A stretch of DNA of 64,000 nt, from positions 45,818,001 to 45,882,000 of the forward strand of contig NC_047015.1 in NCBI RefSeq assembly GCF_902652985.1, in the 5' to 3' direction. The notes beneath the pieces were generated by a model. The model had not been told where the DNA came from and did no database searches. It saw only the letters and a program-made list of their open reading frames with translations. This DNA is from Pecten maximus (taxonomy: Eukaryota). The position numbers and the translations under genes were made by a program. Each line of letters starts with the position of its first letter. Position 1 is the first letter of the stretch. This document shows, piece by piece, positions 51,680-64,000 of the stretch.

Positions 51680-52430
51680 TTTTTTACCTGAACATTTCAT
51701 GATTACTTAGGGTTTATACAGTGTGTGCATGTGTCTGTCAATAAAAAGCTTGTGTAACAAGATATCTCATGAACCCCTGGACAGATAAAAACTTGGCATC
51801 TTTAAAATCAAAAGCTCTGTATAAGATATCTCAGGAACCTTTGGACTGATCAAAACTTGGCATCTTTGAAGCAGATGCTTATGTACAAGATATCTCATGA
51901 ACCCCTGAACAGATCAAAACTTGGCATCTTTGAAATCAAAAGCTTAAATTGTGTACAAGATATCTCATGAATCCCTGGACATATCAAAACTTGACGTCTT
52001 TGAAATCAAAAGCTCGTGTATAAGTATATATCTCATGAACCTTTGAAATCAAAAGCTTGTGTACAAGATATCTCGTGAAGCCCTGCATGGACAGATCAAA
52101 ACATGACCTCTTTGAAATCGAAAGCTTGTGTACAAGATATCTCATGAAGCCCTGGACATATTTAGATCACACCGTAAGACCATAAAGGTCTACACCTGAA
52201 CAGATTTTGGTGGTCATAGGTCAAGGTCAGACTTTACATCTTTTGAAATCAAAATTTGTGTATAAAACATCTCTTGAATACTTGACCACATTTGAAATCA
52301 AGAGCTTTTGTACAAGATACATTTTGAAAAATTGACCACATTTGAAATTTAAAGAAAATTTTATACAAGATATCTCTTAACACTTGAAGATCACATTTGT
52401 AAAAAAAAATTGACCATATTTGAAATTGTT
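51680..52430 (+). mobile_element. HINE-like element with ~55-65-bp internal tandem repeats
   Basis: T-run head, then repeats of aagcttgtgtacaagatatctcatgaacccctggacagatcaaaacttggcatctttgaaatca, and a ggtcaaggtca motif. Confidence 0.55.
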
Positions 52431-53539
52431 TGAAAAAAGGGTGTGTGTATTATTTGATTTACACACAAAGAGTTGTTGCATTCGTCAGATGTGGCACTTT
52501 CCACAACGCCTTGGGTCCTGAGGTCCGACGATGTGACATTGAATGACATATTATTTATGCTATATATGAAGTTCATTCGTTTTTACAAGTTTTCTTCTTT
52601 TCGGGCTTTGTCATTCAATGTATTTTCTCGAAATTCCATACACTAGTAGACAATAATCAGCTGTTTCACTCGATATGATTTACATAATTTCTCTTTGCTT
52701 TATTTCCCTGGAATAAAAGAATGTAAAGTATATGTATCGTGACAAAAGTGTGGCGTTGTTTTGTTCTTTATGCTTACGTGATAACACTGTCACTGAAAGG
52801 TAACATGTTTTGTCTCTTGAAAGCAGCTACGGACAATTATACAAACATTATCGGAGGAGGGAACAAATAATTATCTACTTGGCTGCTGTTTGTGACATTT
52901 CAATAAAACCCATTGAAAAAAAAACATAGTAATAAAATTCATTGAAATTTTGTCAAGATGAATGAATATAAGGTGTGCCTCCCAATACATTTTGGACGTC
53001 TCTGTATAATATAATGAGGAAATGCATAAATTATATCGATTTGACGTCAAATATGAAACCGGTGCAAAGTGAATAATCTAATTCGAATAATTTAATAATT
53101 GGAGAGAATGTGAAAATATTCTTGAGTCCAACATTGAACATGAAACAGTAATGCATGATTTTTAAACGTTTAATATGGAATCTGATTTATTTGAAACAAT
53201 TTAACGTCAAATGTTCGTTATGAGATGGTGGGCTATTCAATCGCCATTCGTCCTTGGCTCATTGTCGGTCCTTATTTTTACAATCCTGTTATCGCTATTT
53301 CGTGAGACGTGCTGGCAACCAGGATATATTCCTCGACCTTCCTATGTATGTTCTCCTTAGTCCCGTGTTGTGGCCATTCAATTTTCAGTCAGGAAAACAA
53401 AATGGCCAACAGGTGACCACCTTGGATTTTGATAGTTGGTTAAGTTTGTTATCGCTATTTCTCGAGAATTGATGGACGGATATTTCTCAAACTTCATATA
53501 TATATGTCCGTGGTCAGGAAACCAAAATGGTCGTTTGGT

Positions 53540-53737
53540 TTATTTTGTTTATCGTCCTATGATTAACGGCCAGGGTCATTTAAGGACGTGCCATATAGCA
53601 TCGCCGAGGTGGAGGAAAGCCGGGGTACGCTCAGTACCAGGCAACTGCCCGGCACGTTGGATTCGAACTCGCGAACATGATGTGAAGGGTTAGTGATAAA
53701 GTGTCGGGACACCTAACCACACGGCCTCCGCGGCCCC
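53540..53737 (-). mobile_element. tRNA-derived SINE (family A) with both head and tail, inserted into an older repeat
   Basis: Minus strand: ggccgtgtggttaggtgtcccgacac...gttcgaatcc...ggcagttgcctggtactga...ggcacgtccttaaatgaccctggccgttaat..ggacgataaacaaa. Confidence 0.8.
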
Positions 53738-54329
53738 AGAATGATCGACAGGTGGCCGTGCATCTTGGATTTTGACAGTTGACATTTATTTTCGCTATTT
53801 CTTGGGATGAATTTATGAAATAAATAGATGACAAAAAACCAAATCCCTAATCCCGCACGGTATCCCAAAATTAGTCGCCTCTTATACACACATAATTATA
53901 ATATACTGTAATTACACAGGAAGATTATGTATTATATATTGGGTGTGTTGATAGAGAGAAGCGAGTATACGTACCTGACCTGTGGTACATGTATTCCTTT
54001 CTCGTCATCCGACCTGCAGAGAATGAAATTGCCGGGGGACAAATTATTCTTGTTTCATTATATAATAAGTAAAAATAGAGTATATATATATATAGGTCTC
54101 TTCTGACGCTAACTAGATATAAAGATGTCTAGAAAAATTGGAGATACATGATTAGTTCTAAAACCGCGCTCGATTTTGTATCCATTGTGCTTGCTATAAG
54201 TGAATGGCGCATTTTTTATTTATTTTTTATTGAAGTAAAATGTATAGTTGTTTTCATTGCCGAGTCAAATAGATAGGGATTTGATTCTGTACTTACGTCC
54301 GTCCGTCGCCCGTCAACTTCTCCTTCAAC

Positions 54330-54510
54330 ACGCTGATATTCAGAATGACCAAACATATTTTATTACATTTTTACCAGTGAAATATCAAAAATTATTCATT
54401 CTATAAAAGTGATATTTTTCACTGCGCACTCGTGAAAAATATCAAAATATTAGCCCCACTCGTGAAATATATTTGGTATTACTGAAGACACTGTTAGATA
54501 TCCTCTGTTT
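54330..54510. mobile_element. Fragment of a non-autonomous DNA element with internal palindrome
   Basis: gatatttttcac...gtgaaaaatatc hairpin and repeated cactcgtgaaa, ending ttagatatcctct. Confidence 0.45.
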
Positions 54511-55754
54511 ATCAGATGTCTTTGACGGCACTAAGGTGAAGGTATGCTGAATGGGAAAGAGCACGATAAAATTAAAATAATTCAGTTCGAACGCGATTAC
54601 ATATTTTACATACAAGACTGTTGAGATATTCATGCAGTAGTTTGAAAAATGACCATTACAGAGTTAATATTATAAATAACCCATCATGTTGTCTTCGGAA
54701 ATCAATGTGAAAATGTAGCACATTATTTGTTTGAATGTAGTGTGTATACTTTACAGCGACAAGTTTTATTTGATAGTGTTTTATGACATAGTATTATTAT
54801 TTTTATTCTGTGTAAACCTTTATCAAAGGAAACAAGCGTTTTTAAGTTAAGCCTGTAATAAACAACATTTCCCCAATTTTTTCCTTTTTTATTTTCGTTC
54901 GTTCTGTCTTCCTTCCTTTAGTTATAACATTTATCAATGTTACTGCTGCTCACTATTTCTGTATAATGTTGTATTGCAGTGAAGGCTTTACTAAGCTTTA
55001 ATTACGTATCCCTAATCCAATTATAACATTTATGACAATACAATATGTTTTAATTGAAAGAGAATTGCGTAACTTCCACGCAATAATAGTTCATTCGAAC
55101 ACAATAATTTTATTTTTTTATTATGTCCATTCGAAGTCTAACCTAACGGAGGCCAAACACCATTAGACCAGAGGGATGGTAAGACTAGATTTTACAATGC
55201 TCATATATGTAATTTAATTTAATTAACAGTAGGTCAATTTGACACAATCACAATCAATTCTGTAATTAATTATGCGTGAAGATTCATTGAATGAATGAAA
55301 ATGTGTGAGAGTTAAATTGTTTATGTTTGACATATTTGCATTGTTATAAAATTGAGAAAAAAAAATTACAAAAAAAAAGACTGGATTTTAAACCTATATG
55401 ATTGGTTATTTTTAATTAATGGGATGTGAAACACTTATAAAATGCTATCTCCTAATAAAAGATTCTCAATCAAATGTCAAACCTATACGTTTGAGCACAG
55501 CTTGTCATAGTCACCATGACCCCCTATCAAATGATGAATATTAAAATAGTTATAGGAGGCACATTGGGTTGTGGCACTAAAGTGAACGCAACAGAGTATA
55601 AAAAATGTATATAAAGATATCCTTATTAAAATCCCTATTTTTGAATTTGCATATTATTTTTTCCAAAATGTCTAGAATTCGAGAAAATTAGCATGAAAGG
55701 AATGGCATTTTTTTAACAAAGCAATAGTGGTGAAAAGATCTCTCATGTAAATAT

Positions 55755-55939
55755 CAGGGCTTTTTCTCACTGGTTTGGGAAAGGGCCTTTTGTCTCATTT
55801 TGGGAAGAAAATTGGTGAATTGGAAAAGATTTTTTCAAGAGTAAACTGCAAATTTTGGGAATTTGGCTAAAATGTGAAATAATTTCAATTGGGAATGGGG
55901 CCCATTAACGGCCCCAAAAAGCCCCCAGAAAAAGCCCTG
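55755..55939. mobile_element. hAT-like MITE (TIR cagggctttttct / agaaaaagccctg)
   Basis: 13-bp perfect TIR; a second, inverted copy lies at 57331-57498. Confidence 0.75.
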
Positions 55940-56324
55940 AATATAACCCAGTTTTTGTTTTGAATTATCGTTTGAACTAAAACAAAAGCATGTCAGATAA
56001 AGGAAATGTGATTTTTTAAATCTAATATCTCGACAAAATAAATGAAAACATGATTATTATCTAAAAGATTCGTAGGCCTAATGTATTTTCGAGAGGTTCG
56101 TGTTATCAGATATGGCGACGCAGGCCCTCTCGGCCTCTTCATACCGAAAAACACCGGAAAATTACGAACAATAAACGACGTATTGATAAACTGACACTGC
56201 TCGTAAGAGTGAAAGGTAATATATTTCACTACATAAATTAAGTCAAAATATCGCATCCATATTCTAAATCAATTAAATAAAATAGATTAAACAATAATTA
56301 TATGTGGTTAGAGGTTATTTTGAC

Positions 56325-56456
56325 CGAACGTCATCGCCGACCAATCAAATCTCGGCCTTTGGAACACGTGCTCAAACCAAGCAGCGTGAATCGGCCATTC
56401 TCCTAAGCCAGCCCGCCGACAAAGAGCAAGACACAACGATCAGACAAAATAACAAC
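56325..56456 (+). promoter_or_regulatory. hnRNP gene core promoter / 5' UTR
   Basis: CpG-rich; acgtca, CCAAT (56341-56345), YY1-like cggccatt; aaatggcg and tcacgtgac in intron 1 (56806-56834). Confidence 0.45.
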
Positions 56457-59400
56457 ATGGCAGAAGAAGGGGGCGAGTACAACTATGAGGCAAATGGTGA
56501 AGGTTTCGAACAGGGACAAGGTTATGAAAACTTCAGTGGTGATGCTGAAGCGGCAGAGCCAATGGACGACTCAGAAAAAGCTATCGGCGACACCGGAGAA
56601 GGTGGAGAAGACGATGAAGACGACCGGTATGTTCCATTGTGTCTTGTGAAGCATTATAATGCATGCAGCTTTAATTTTAAAGTTTCCTATTCCTTAATTA
56701 AGTGCATAAAACGTATAGAAAGAAATTATTTATTAATGGAATATCGTATTTTTTGTAAATAGCTGCTTTTATGCTATTTGAGCCTCAAAGGCAAAGCCAT
56801 GGAACAAATGGCGCCCATTATAATATCACGTGACCCACCGCGTGGGTAAGCACCAAGTAGCTATTAATGCACCGTAGACCCACGAAAGACAAAATAAGAA
56901 TAATTTAGCAATAGGGATTCAGTTTTTATATGACAAAACTAAATTTGCACCCATAAATCTGCGCTTTGTCTCTTTGAACTTGGTCAGTCATGGAAAAATG
57001 AAATGTTTTTTCGAATATTTGTGAAATGGAAAATCTACCCATAGTAACATAGAGAATGATGGTAAGAGACGAATTAACCATATACTTAAGTTGAGTAAGT
57101 TAATTATAAAACACCATAGTAACATAGAGAATGATGGTAAGAGACGAATTAACCATATACTTAAGTTGAGTAAGTTAATTATAAAACATCTAGAGCTTGT
57201 TTATCATGGATTCCCACGGAAGAAACTTAGAAAGCACATACTTTGATGCACGTCTCTGTATCTGGTGTCGGGACACAGAGACAAAGACTCGCTGAACATA
57301 ACCACGATGGATTGAGATTTAATAAGTCGATGGATTTTTCTGAGGGCTTTTCGGGGCCCCATCCCAATCGGATTTTTTTTCATTTTAAAGCCAATTTCCC
57401 AAATTTTGCAGTTTACTTATGATTCCTCCTCCCAAGTTCACCAATTTTATTCCCAAAATGAGACCAAAATGCCCCATTCCAAGCCAGAAAAACCCCTGTA
57501 AGTAGTTATCATCCACTAAATCATTTAACGGCGCTGGAATTCAAATATATCCCCTACCGTCTACTGAACCTGGCTGGCCCTGTTATTATACCAAGTGACC
57601 AGACAGTCCTTGAATGGGCCCAGGGGTATTATTATGTAACCAAATATACTTGATACCTCGACTGGAGTATAAATATACCCCAATTGTTGTTATAGCAAGG
57701 TTATTTACATACAGCATTAAAAGCTTGCTTTTTCAAGGAACAACATCCTCTTCGCATGAAAGGCCTTGACATCATTATACATCAAGCATGTTGCAAGTTT
57801 TACAGAATTGTGATCTTTGTCTCAAAATATGTTTAAGTTTCAAAATTACCTGCATTGTCACCCAATATATGTTGATAAAAAAACTGAAAAGAAATGAATG
57901 AATAATGAATTCCTTGCTTCGGTTGAAACTGCTGTTATGTCTTATGAAGTTTCTAGAAAAGAAATAAACGATAGATAGAATTTTCAGATCTTTTATTGAC
58001 ATGTATGTGGGATAATGCAGGTAAAATAAAGATTCTACTTTAAAGTTTTGCCCAAAACCTGTTTGATGTATAATCGGATGGTGCCTATTACATTTAAAGA
58101 TCATTCCTTTATTGATTTCATTGAAATTCTAGTTCACTTATGACCATTTATGGTATTAATCAAATAAGAGATAATTGTTTACACACCACAAAAATGGCAA
58201 CGCTTCATGACTGCATGTTCAAATCTAAAGAAATGGATAGAAAAGAGTATTATCAGTGAAATATTATTTAAAAAAATTAAGGCCAAAAATGAAATTAAGT
58301 TTGCTTGGCATTGACCGACTGACTGGGAAATTTTTTGCTTTCCTTTTTTTCACAATTAAAAAATTTACAAATCTGGATTCAGTTCCCCTTTGTGTATTAG
58401 AAACTCGGGTCAGTGAAGCGCTTAAAGAGCATGTAAACTTTATATTGATAAGTGCTTTAAGGATCGTGACATATTCTTACATACTCTTCTTTAAAAAAAA
58501 GTGTTCGTGTTAGTTTTGATTTGACGTTGTATAAAATGTTTATTTTCTTAATATTATGTTTTCTTGTGTGAATTTTATATAAATATTTCTATTTTGAAGG
58601 GGGAAAAATAAGATCAACCTTGAGAGAGGTGGGGTGGTCAATGCCAAAGTAACTATATTTTAAGGTTGGCTTAAGTAAAATCAGATTGGGAATTTCACAA
58701 ATCAAGTTAGTTTTAGTAAGTCATAACAATGTATATCCTTCTTTCCAGCAAACTGTTTGTTGGGAACCTGAGCTGGGAAACTGCACAAAGTGAGTATACT
58801 TTTTCATCAAGAGATAAAATTATGGTTTATCGGAGGTACAAGACAAATGCTATTTGTAGTTTATGAATGAATAACTACCTACATTGCTGGAGATCAAATC
58901 ATAGTTTCTTAGCTTGTATTTTAATAATCTGCTGTAGCTTGTTGATGAATATGTATTTCAACATAGTTAATTTTCTTAATTTGAAATCTTCCAGAATTTA
59001 CTTAATTTTTACTTTTTATTAATTTTGGTAACGATCGTTAACATTTAACTTATTCTGTAGTTGAGCAAGTACTTGGTAACTTGTGAATTTAGCAATGAGC
59101 ATGTTTATTTTTCGCCAACAAAGCTGATAAATTGTATCCTTATTTGCAGAGGACTTAAAAGATTACTTCACAACATTTGGAGAAGTCACAAGTTGTACAT
59201 TAAAAACAGATCCAGAGACTAGAAGGTCAAGGGGATTTGGATTTGTTGTATTCAAAGAGCCAGCATCTGTAGATAAGGTAATTAATTAAATGCACCTGCT
59301 TAACTTTCAGTTGCACAACACAGTGGTTGACACTAACTTTATCGCCTTGACACTGCTGTGCTGCCAGGTCTTGAAAAAAAGCAGTCGGCTACCAATGGTG

Positions 59401-62400
59401 AAGCTTCTAGTGGGGGATTTGGGAACATGTACCTACAGCCCCCAACTCCAACACATGTGGAAACAATTGAATTCTAGATGCAGTTTCCTGCTGTCTAGTT
59501 CATTTTGAGCATAAAAATATTCTTTAAAAAAAAATAGAAAATAAATAAGTGAAGTAAACAGAAGAAAAGTTTAGCTGTACACAAGACATTTGGCTGAAAA
59601 TGTTGGCAGCCCATGGGCTACTGTTAATGGTGATCCCTGACACAACAGATAATCCGGAGTTGAAAGACACCTTATAATTCCTGAATTATAGTCCCAACCT
59701 AGACAATTCATGTTCAAAACGAAGGTCACTTTTTCCATTTTTGGCATATAATTTCAGGGAAGCTTGTTAGTCTTTTAATAGGAAACTTATGAAACCGCAT
59801 AAGAAATGTTTATTAATGTAGAAATATCGAGAATAGACGAAAGCATGTTGAGGATGAATGAATTGTAACTTTTCCTTGATCTTCCTTGTTTGTATTGAAT
59901 TCAGGTTTTAGCAGAAAAAGAACATAAACTTCAAGGACGTGTAATAGATCCAAAGAAAGCAAATCCCAGAAGAGAAGTAATAAAGAAAATATTTTGTGGA
60001 AAAGTGGATCCAGGTGTACCAGAAGCTGACATTAGGGAATATTTTGAAAAATTTGGAAAGGTATGTAATGTTTTAATTTCTTATGAACAGCCAATAAAAG
60101 TAAAAGGAATATTTTAAAGATGCATATTTTACCAATTACATGGACATAATGCTGTCTCTAGAATAAGACAATACAATCTTGTATGCTTGATAGACATGTA
60201 GCAGAATTGACACCCGCAAAACGCTTAAGTGTAATTCTGATTTCACAACGAAATAATCAATTTCATTAGCATATCTGGTTAATGGTGATATGGAAAACTA
60301 GTGATAGTGGGTACAAGCTTTTATTGATTAAAGTTTATTAAAAGCTGTCAATATTTCAATTGCCTAACATAATCATGAATGTTTTTTTTTATACCAGATT
60401 GAGAAATTAGATCTGCCATTCGACAAAATAAAGGATCAGAGGAGGGCATTCTGTTTCATTGAATTCGAGAAGGAAGAAACTGTGAAAAAAATCATAGACT
60501 GTTGTCCACACAAACTTAATGACCAAGAAGTAAGTATGCTATGTTCCTGTTTGCAGAAAAGTTTTTTCACATTAATGAAAACTGCAGACTGAAATGATTC
60601 ATGTCTTCTTTTTTCTCGTTACAGGAAAGAATAAATTAAAGTGTTTGACTTTAAAAAGATTTATTTATGCTTTTTAATAGTTTGCACGGGAATGTAAAAA
60701 GCAGTCAAACCTGCTTCTGAAATCAACATCTCTCAAAGAATTTTCTGTTGGGATAAGTTAAGCGGTAAGATTAGATCATGCTGGTAAAGGATGAATGATA
60801 ATGTGAAGGTTAACATGTACCATGTGACTGACACTATCCTCCTTTTATTCCACTTTCCAGCAAGATGCCGGTAATGAGTGGATGCAAAGGAGCCGAAACA
60901 GTTGATTGAGGTCTTGGGCTAGAGGTACCAAATGAACTAAATGAAAGTTCCCAACCACAGCATCTTATTTTCTTTAACAACTGTTGAATTATAAGCTGAA
61001 GAAAATAGGGTTGCGATTAAATTTTCAATATCATTCACTTTATGTAATTAATGTCTTTTTGTTTTGAAACTCTTCCAGCATAAAGGATCCTGGTTCTTCA
61101 CATCAACAGGTGCTTTATATTCATAACTGCCCTGGCTAACTGGACCTCCTTAAAGGCGTTTCTAGTTGTCCAATTTGCTCGCAGCCCTGTAAAGCATCTT
61201 GTTAGTCTTTTAATGTAAAGTTTTTAAAGTAGCAAATGTTTTATTGTGTTGTTGGTAATTTAGTTATTTGTTCCTTTTAGATTGATGTGAAGAAAGCCAC
61301 ACCCAACAACCAAAACAAGCGAGGAGGCCGTGGTGGATTCGGTGCCTGGGGAGGCGGATGGGGTGGTGGTCGTGGTGGTGGCGGCCGTGGAGGACGAGGC
61401 AAGAATCACTTTATAATTTCATGCGAAAAATTCATTTAATGAACGGGAAGTTCATCCTTGAACATTGTAATTTGTTTGATTATGAAAGCTACTTGTTTAA
61501 CTTGAATTAATTGAAAAATAAATTCCTAATTTCAGGCGGTGGCTGGGGAGGCCAAGGCTATAACAATAACTACTACAACAACTACAACCAAGGATATGGA
61601 GGGTATGGTGGATACGGAGGATATGGTGGATATGACAACAGCTACTACCAAGGATATGGTGGTGGATGGGGCGGATATGATCAGAGCTATTATGGAAGCT
61701 ACGGTAAGTCTTATCTTAATTTCAAATTTACTGGCTCATAATTTTAACTAAACATTTCATTATATCCAGAAGAAACCATGTTTAGCCTCTTATAAAGTCT
61801 TCTATGTTCTCTTTACTAGAAATTTTGTTGAAGTTGCATGTTATTACAGGAATTTGCTGAAGTGATGACTATTAAACTGTGTTTGTTGTTTATGTGCATG
61901 GTCTTGTGTTTTCATTTTATAGATTTTTAAATTGTCAACTTTGAGAAAATAAAGCAAGCTGCTGCTGGATTTGCTAGATATATCCTTGTATTCTTTTAAT
62001 GCCACATTTTTTTAACAAAACTAGTTCTTTTTTTTCTTCCTGTATCATATTATTAAATAGTCCCAATTATTTTTGCTAATTATAGATGTATCTGATGCTT
62101 CACAAAAATCATAGATTAAATCTTGGATTTCTCCAGAAACATGTTCAGTGAAGTTTTAAGATCGGAGAATGATGAAAGTATAGTACATTAAGCTGCACAT
62201 ATAAAAATAGGGGGCTAGTTAGAGATTGGTGATAGATGAGAATACTGAATAAGGGTTGTGAAAAAAAAGGATAAAATTCTTAATTTAGAAAAAGCTTCTT
62301 ATTTTGAACATGATTGAATCATAAATACTAAAAAAAAGTTATGGAGCTTGTGGAAGTAGAATTGAATAATGAAAATAGTGAAGAAATCAGGTAGCCATTG

Positions 62401-63717
62401 TAAGTAACAAGACTACCTTGATCTTTTATAGGAGGTGATTATAATGGAGGATGGGGCTATGACCAAGGTGAGTTGAAAGAAAGATGTACGAGAATAATGA
62501 CGGCCTTTAAAGATTGAATATTTAGTTTGTTAAGTGAAGCCTTTTCAAAATTTTACCAAGCTATTTAAAATTTGAAAAAGGAACTAGTTTAGAATTATCC
62601 TCAAAGATTAGCTGAATTTGCTAGGTAATGAGAAAGATGTAAAAAAAAAAAACAAAAAAAAACTACAATTTTGAGAGAACGGACATCATTAATAGACATC
62701 AAGATGGATTATTTTGTTTCTGTTGCTTAAATAATAGATGCATATTGCACTTTCTAATCATCACAAACTGGTTGACTGATCAGACATTGGTAATATTTTG
62801 CATGAAGCATTCAATTCCTTTGATGATGCATTTGTAGCATCAAGGACCTCGCGCACAGTCAGGTAACTGCTGTTACAGTTTTGCTTGCAGTTTTGTTTCC
62901 TGTTCATATATATACTTGAACCATTGTATAAAAAACACCAGCTTTCAATGTACTATAACAAAGGGTATTTTACTATCCATGAAAGATAAGAAAGCAGTGT
63001 GTTTGGAGTTATATAATGGTTCAAGATGAGAAATATTGAATAACATTTCATTTCTGGTCACTTGAGATAGACAGGAGCTTGCTTTTTTTTTGGAATGATG
63101 CATTTTTATTGGCAGTGAAAAAGCTGGAGGACAGCTTTTCTATATATAAAATACCCGAAGTGTTTCCAATTTGTGACCAGAAATCAAGTGTTTGTCATTT
63201 TGTGACATTTTTTGTAGTTCCTTCTAATGTGCACTGCAAGTTTGCAAGAATTGACCTCTTGGATAATAGAATTTTGGATGTGAAATATAAAATATTTGAA
63301 AAACAATTGTATCATAACTCAACATTTCATTAAAATCAACTTTTTACTTGATATTTCTCACCATGTAATAATGTTTTGAATAATTGTATAACCTTGCAGA
63401 GTGCATTTGATCATAAAATCACCTTTCCACAGGTACAGATCTTTCTGGTCACTAGCTAACTCAAGGTCTGTCAAGGTAACTCTGCAAGGTTTCTGAGTAG
63501 GTTGGGGTGTTAGTGGATCCTAATGACAAGAGGTCAGTTGTGCTAACCTTTGTAGTGTGTAGTAGTACTCCATGTAAATAGCAATAAAAACCAACCGATG
63601 GATAAAATCAATCAATTTCTATCCGTATTCACAGGAAATCAGCAACAGAGCACCTATGGCAAATCACAAAAAGGAGGCCGAGGGGCTGGTGGTGGGTACC
63701 ACCCATACAGCCGATAA
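56457..63717 (+). CDS. hnRNP A/B / hnRNP D-like (squid/hrp40-like) 2xRRM + Gly/Tyr-rich protein, ~343 aa
   Basis: Exons 56457-56626, 58749-58789, 59150-59277, 59905-60060, 60398-60529, 61281-61398, 61536-61703, 62432-62467, 63635-63717 join in frame. RNP2 [12 protein letters not shown]1 [10 protein letters not shown]; second RRM KKIFCG / RRAFCFIEF; RGG region; YGK...YHPY PY-NLS C-terminus. Confidence 0.93.
57039..57188. repeat. 75-bp perfect tandem duplication in hnRNP intron 1
   Basis: ccatagtaacatagagaatgatgg...attataaaaca occurs twice. Confidence 0.9.
57331..57498. mobile_element. Second, inverted, diverged copy of the hAT-like MITE
   Basis: Reverse-complement similarity to 55755-55939 (cccaaaatgagac, ttgcagtttact, agaaaaacccctg). 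Confidence 0.65.
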
Positions 63718-64000
63718 ACAGGTAGGCGTAATTTATGGATTGTCATATCCATCATGGTATACTTGCAGAGTGGGGTTTTAGTGTTACAATATAGACCTTG
63801 TTATTGTGATTAGGAAGTTTACCTGTGGTAAGGTGATCATAGATGTTTGCTGCTGGTTCATCATGATTGGCTTGATTTATTTAGTTTCATTTTACGACTT
63901 GCAACCAGCTGCAGAAAGATCGGGACCACATGGCAATTGGTTGCATTATTTTGATAGTTAAGTTTTAAAAGATATTTTCACAGTAATTTGATGTTAATCT

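Noticed and set aside
62165-62250. Possible C/D box snoRNA (ATGATGA ... CTGA) in an hnRNP intron
   Set aside because: No terminal stem and no rRNA-complementary guide that I could recognise; would need snoscan.

Overview
Eukaryotic (animal) genomic DNA: AT-rich, GT-AG introns, very rich in tandem repeats. Gene and repeat content suggest a bivalve mollusc (inference). Four protein-coding genes: the 5' end of a Cys-loop/nicotinic acetylcholine receptor-like subunit (minus strand, running off the left edge); synaptotagmin-17 (3 coding exons); a 15-exon, ~927-aa multi-EF-hand protein with RFX X-box-like promoter motifs; and a 9-exon hnRNP A/B/D-like (squid-like) gene. Also present: a 5'-truncated Tx1/L1-clade LINE with poly-A tail and 15-bp TSD, the 3' end of a second LINE, two tRNA-derived SINE families, MITEs, HINE-like heads and about 13 minisatellite arrays. 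Most notable: (1) a 49-bp tandem array (1506-2253) whose unit folds as a minimal type-I hammerhead ribozyme, fused to a tRNA-SINE head; (2) a nested long-range RNA duplex with a competing docking site enclosing the last coding exon of the hnRNP gene; (3) several minisatellites seeded from, and multiplying, the splice sites of their host exons. All coordinates were read by eye and may be off by a few bases.
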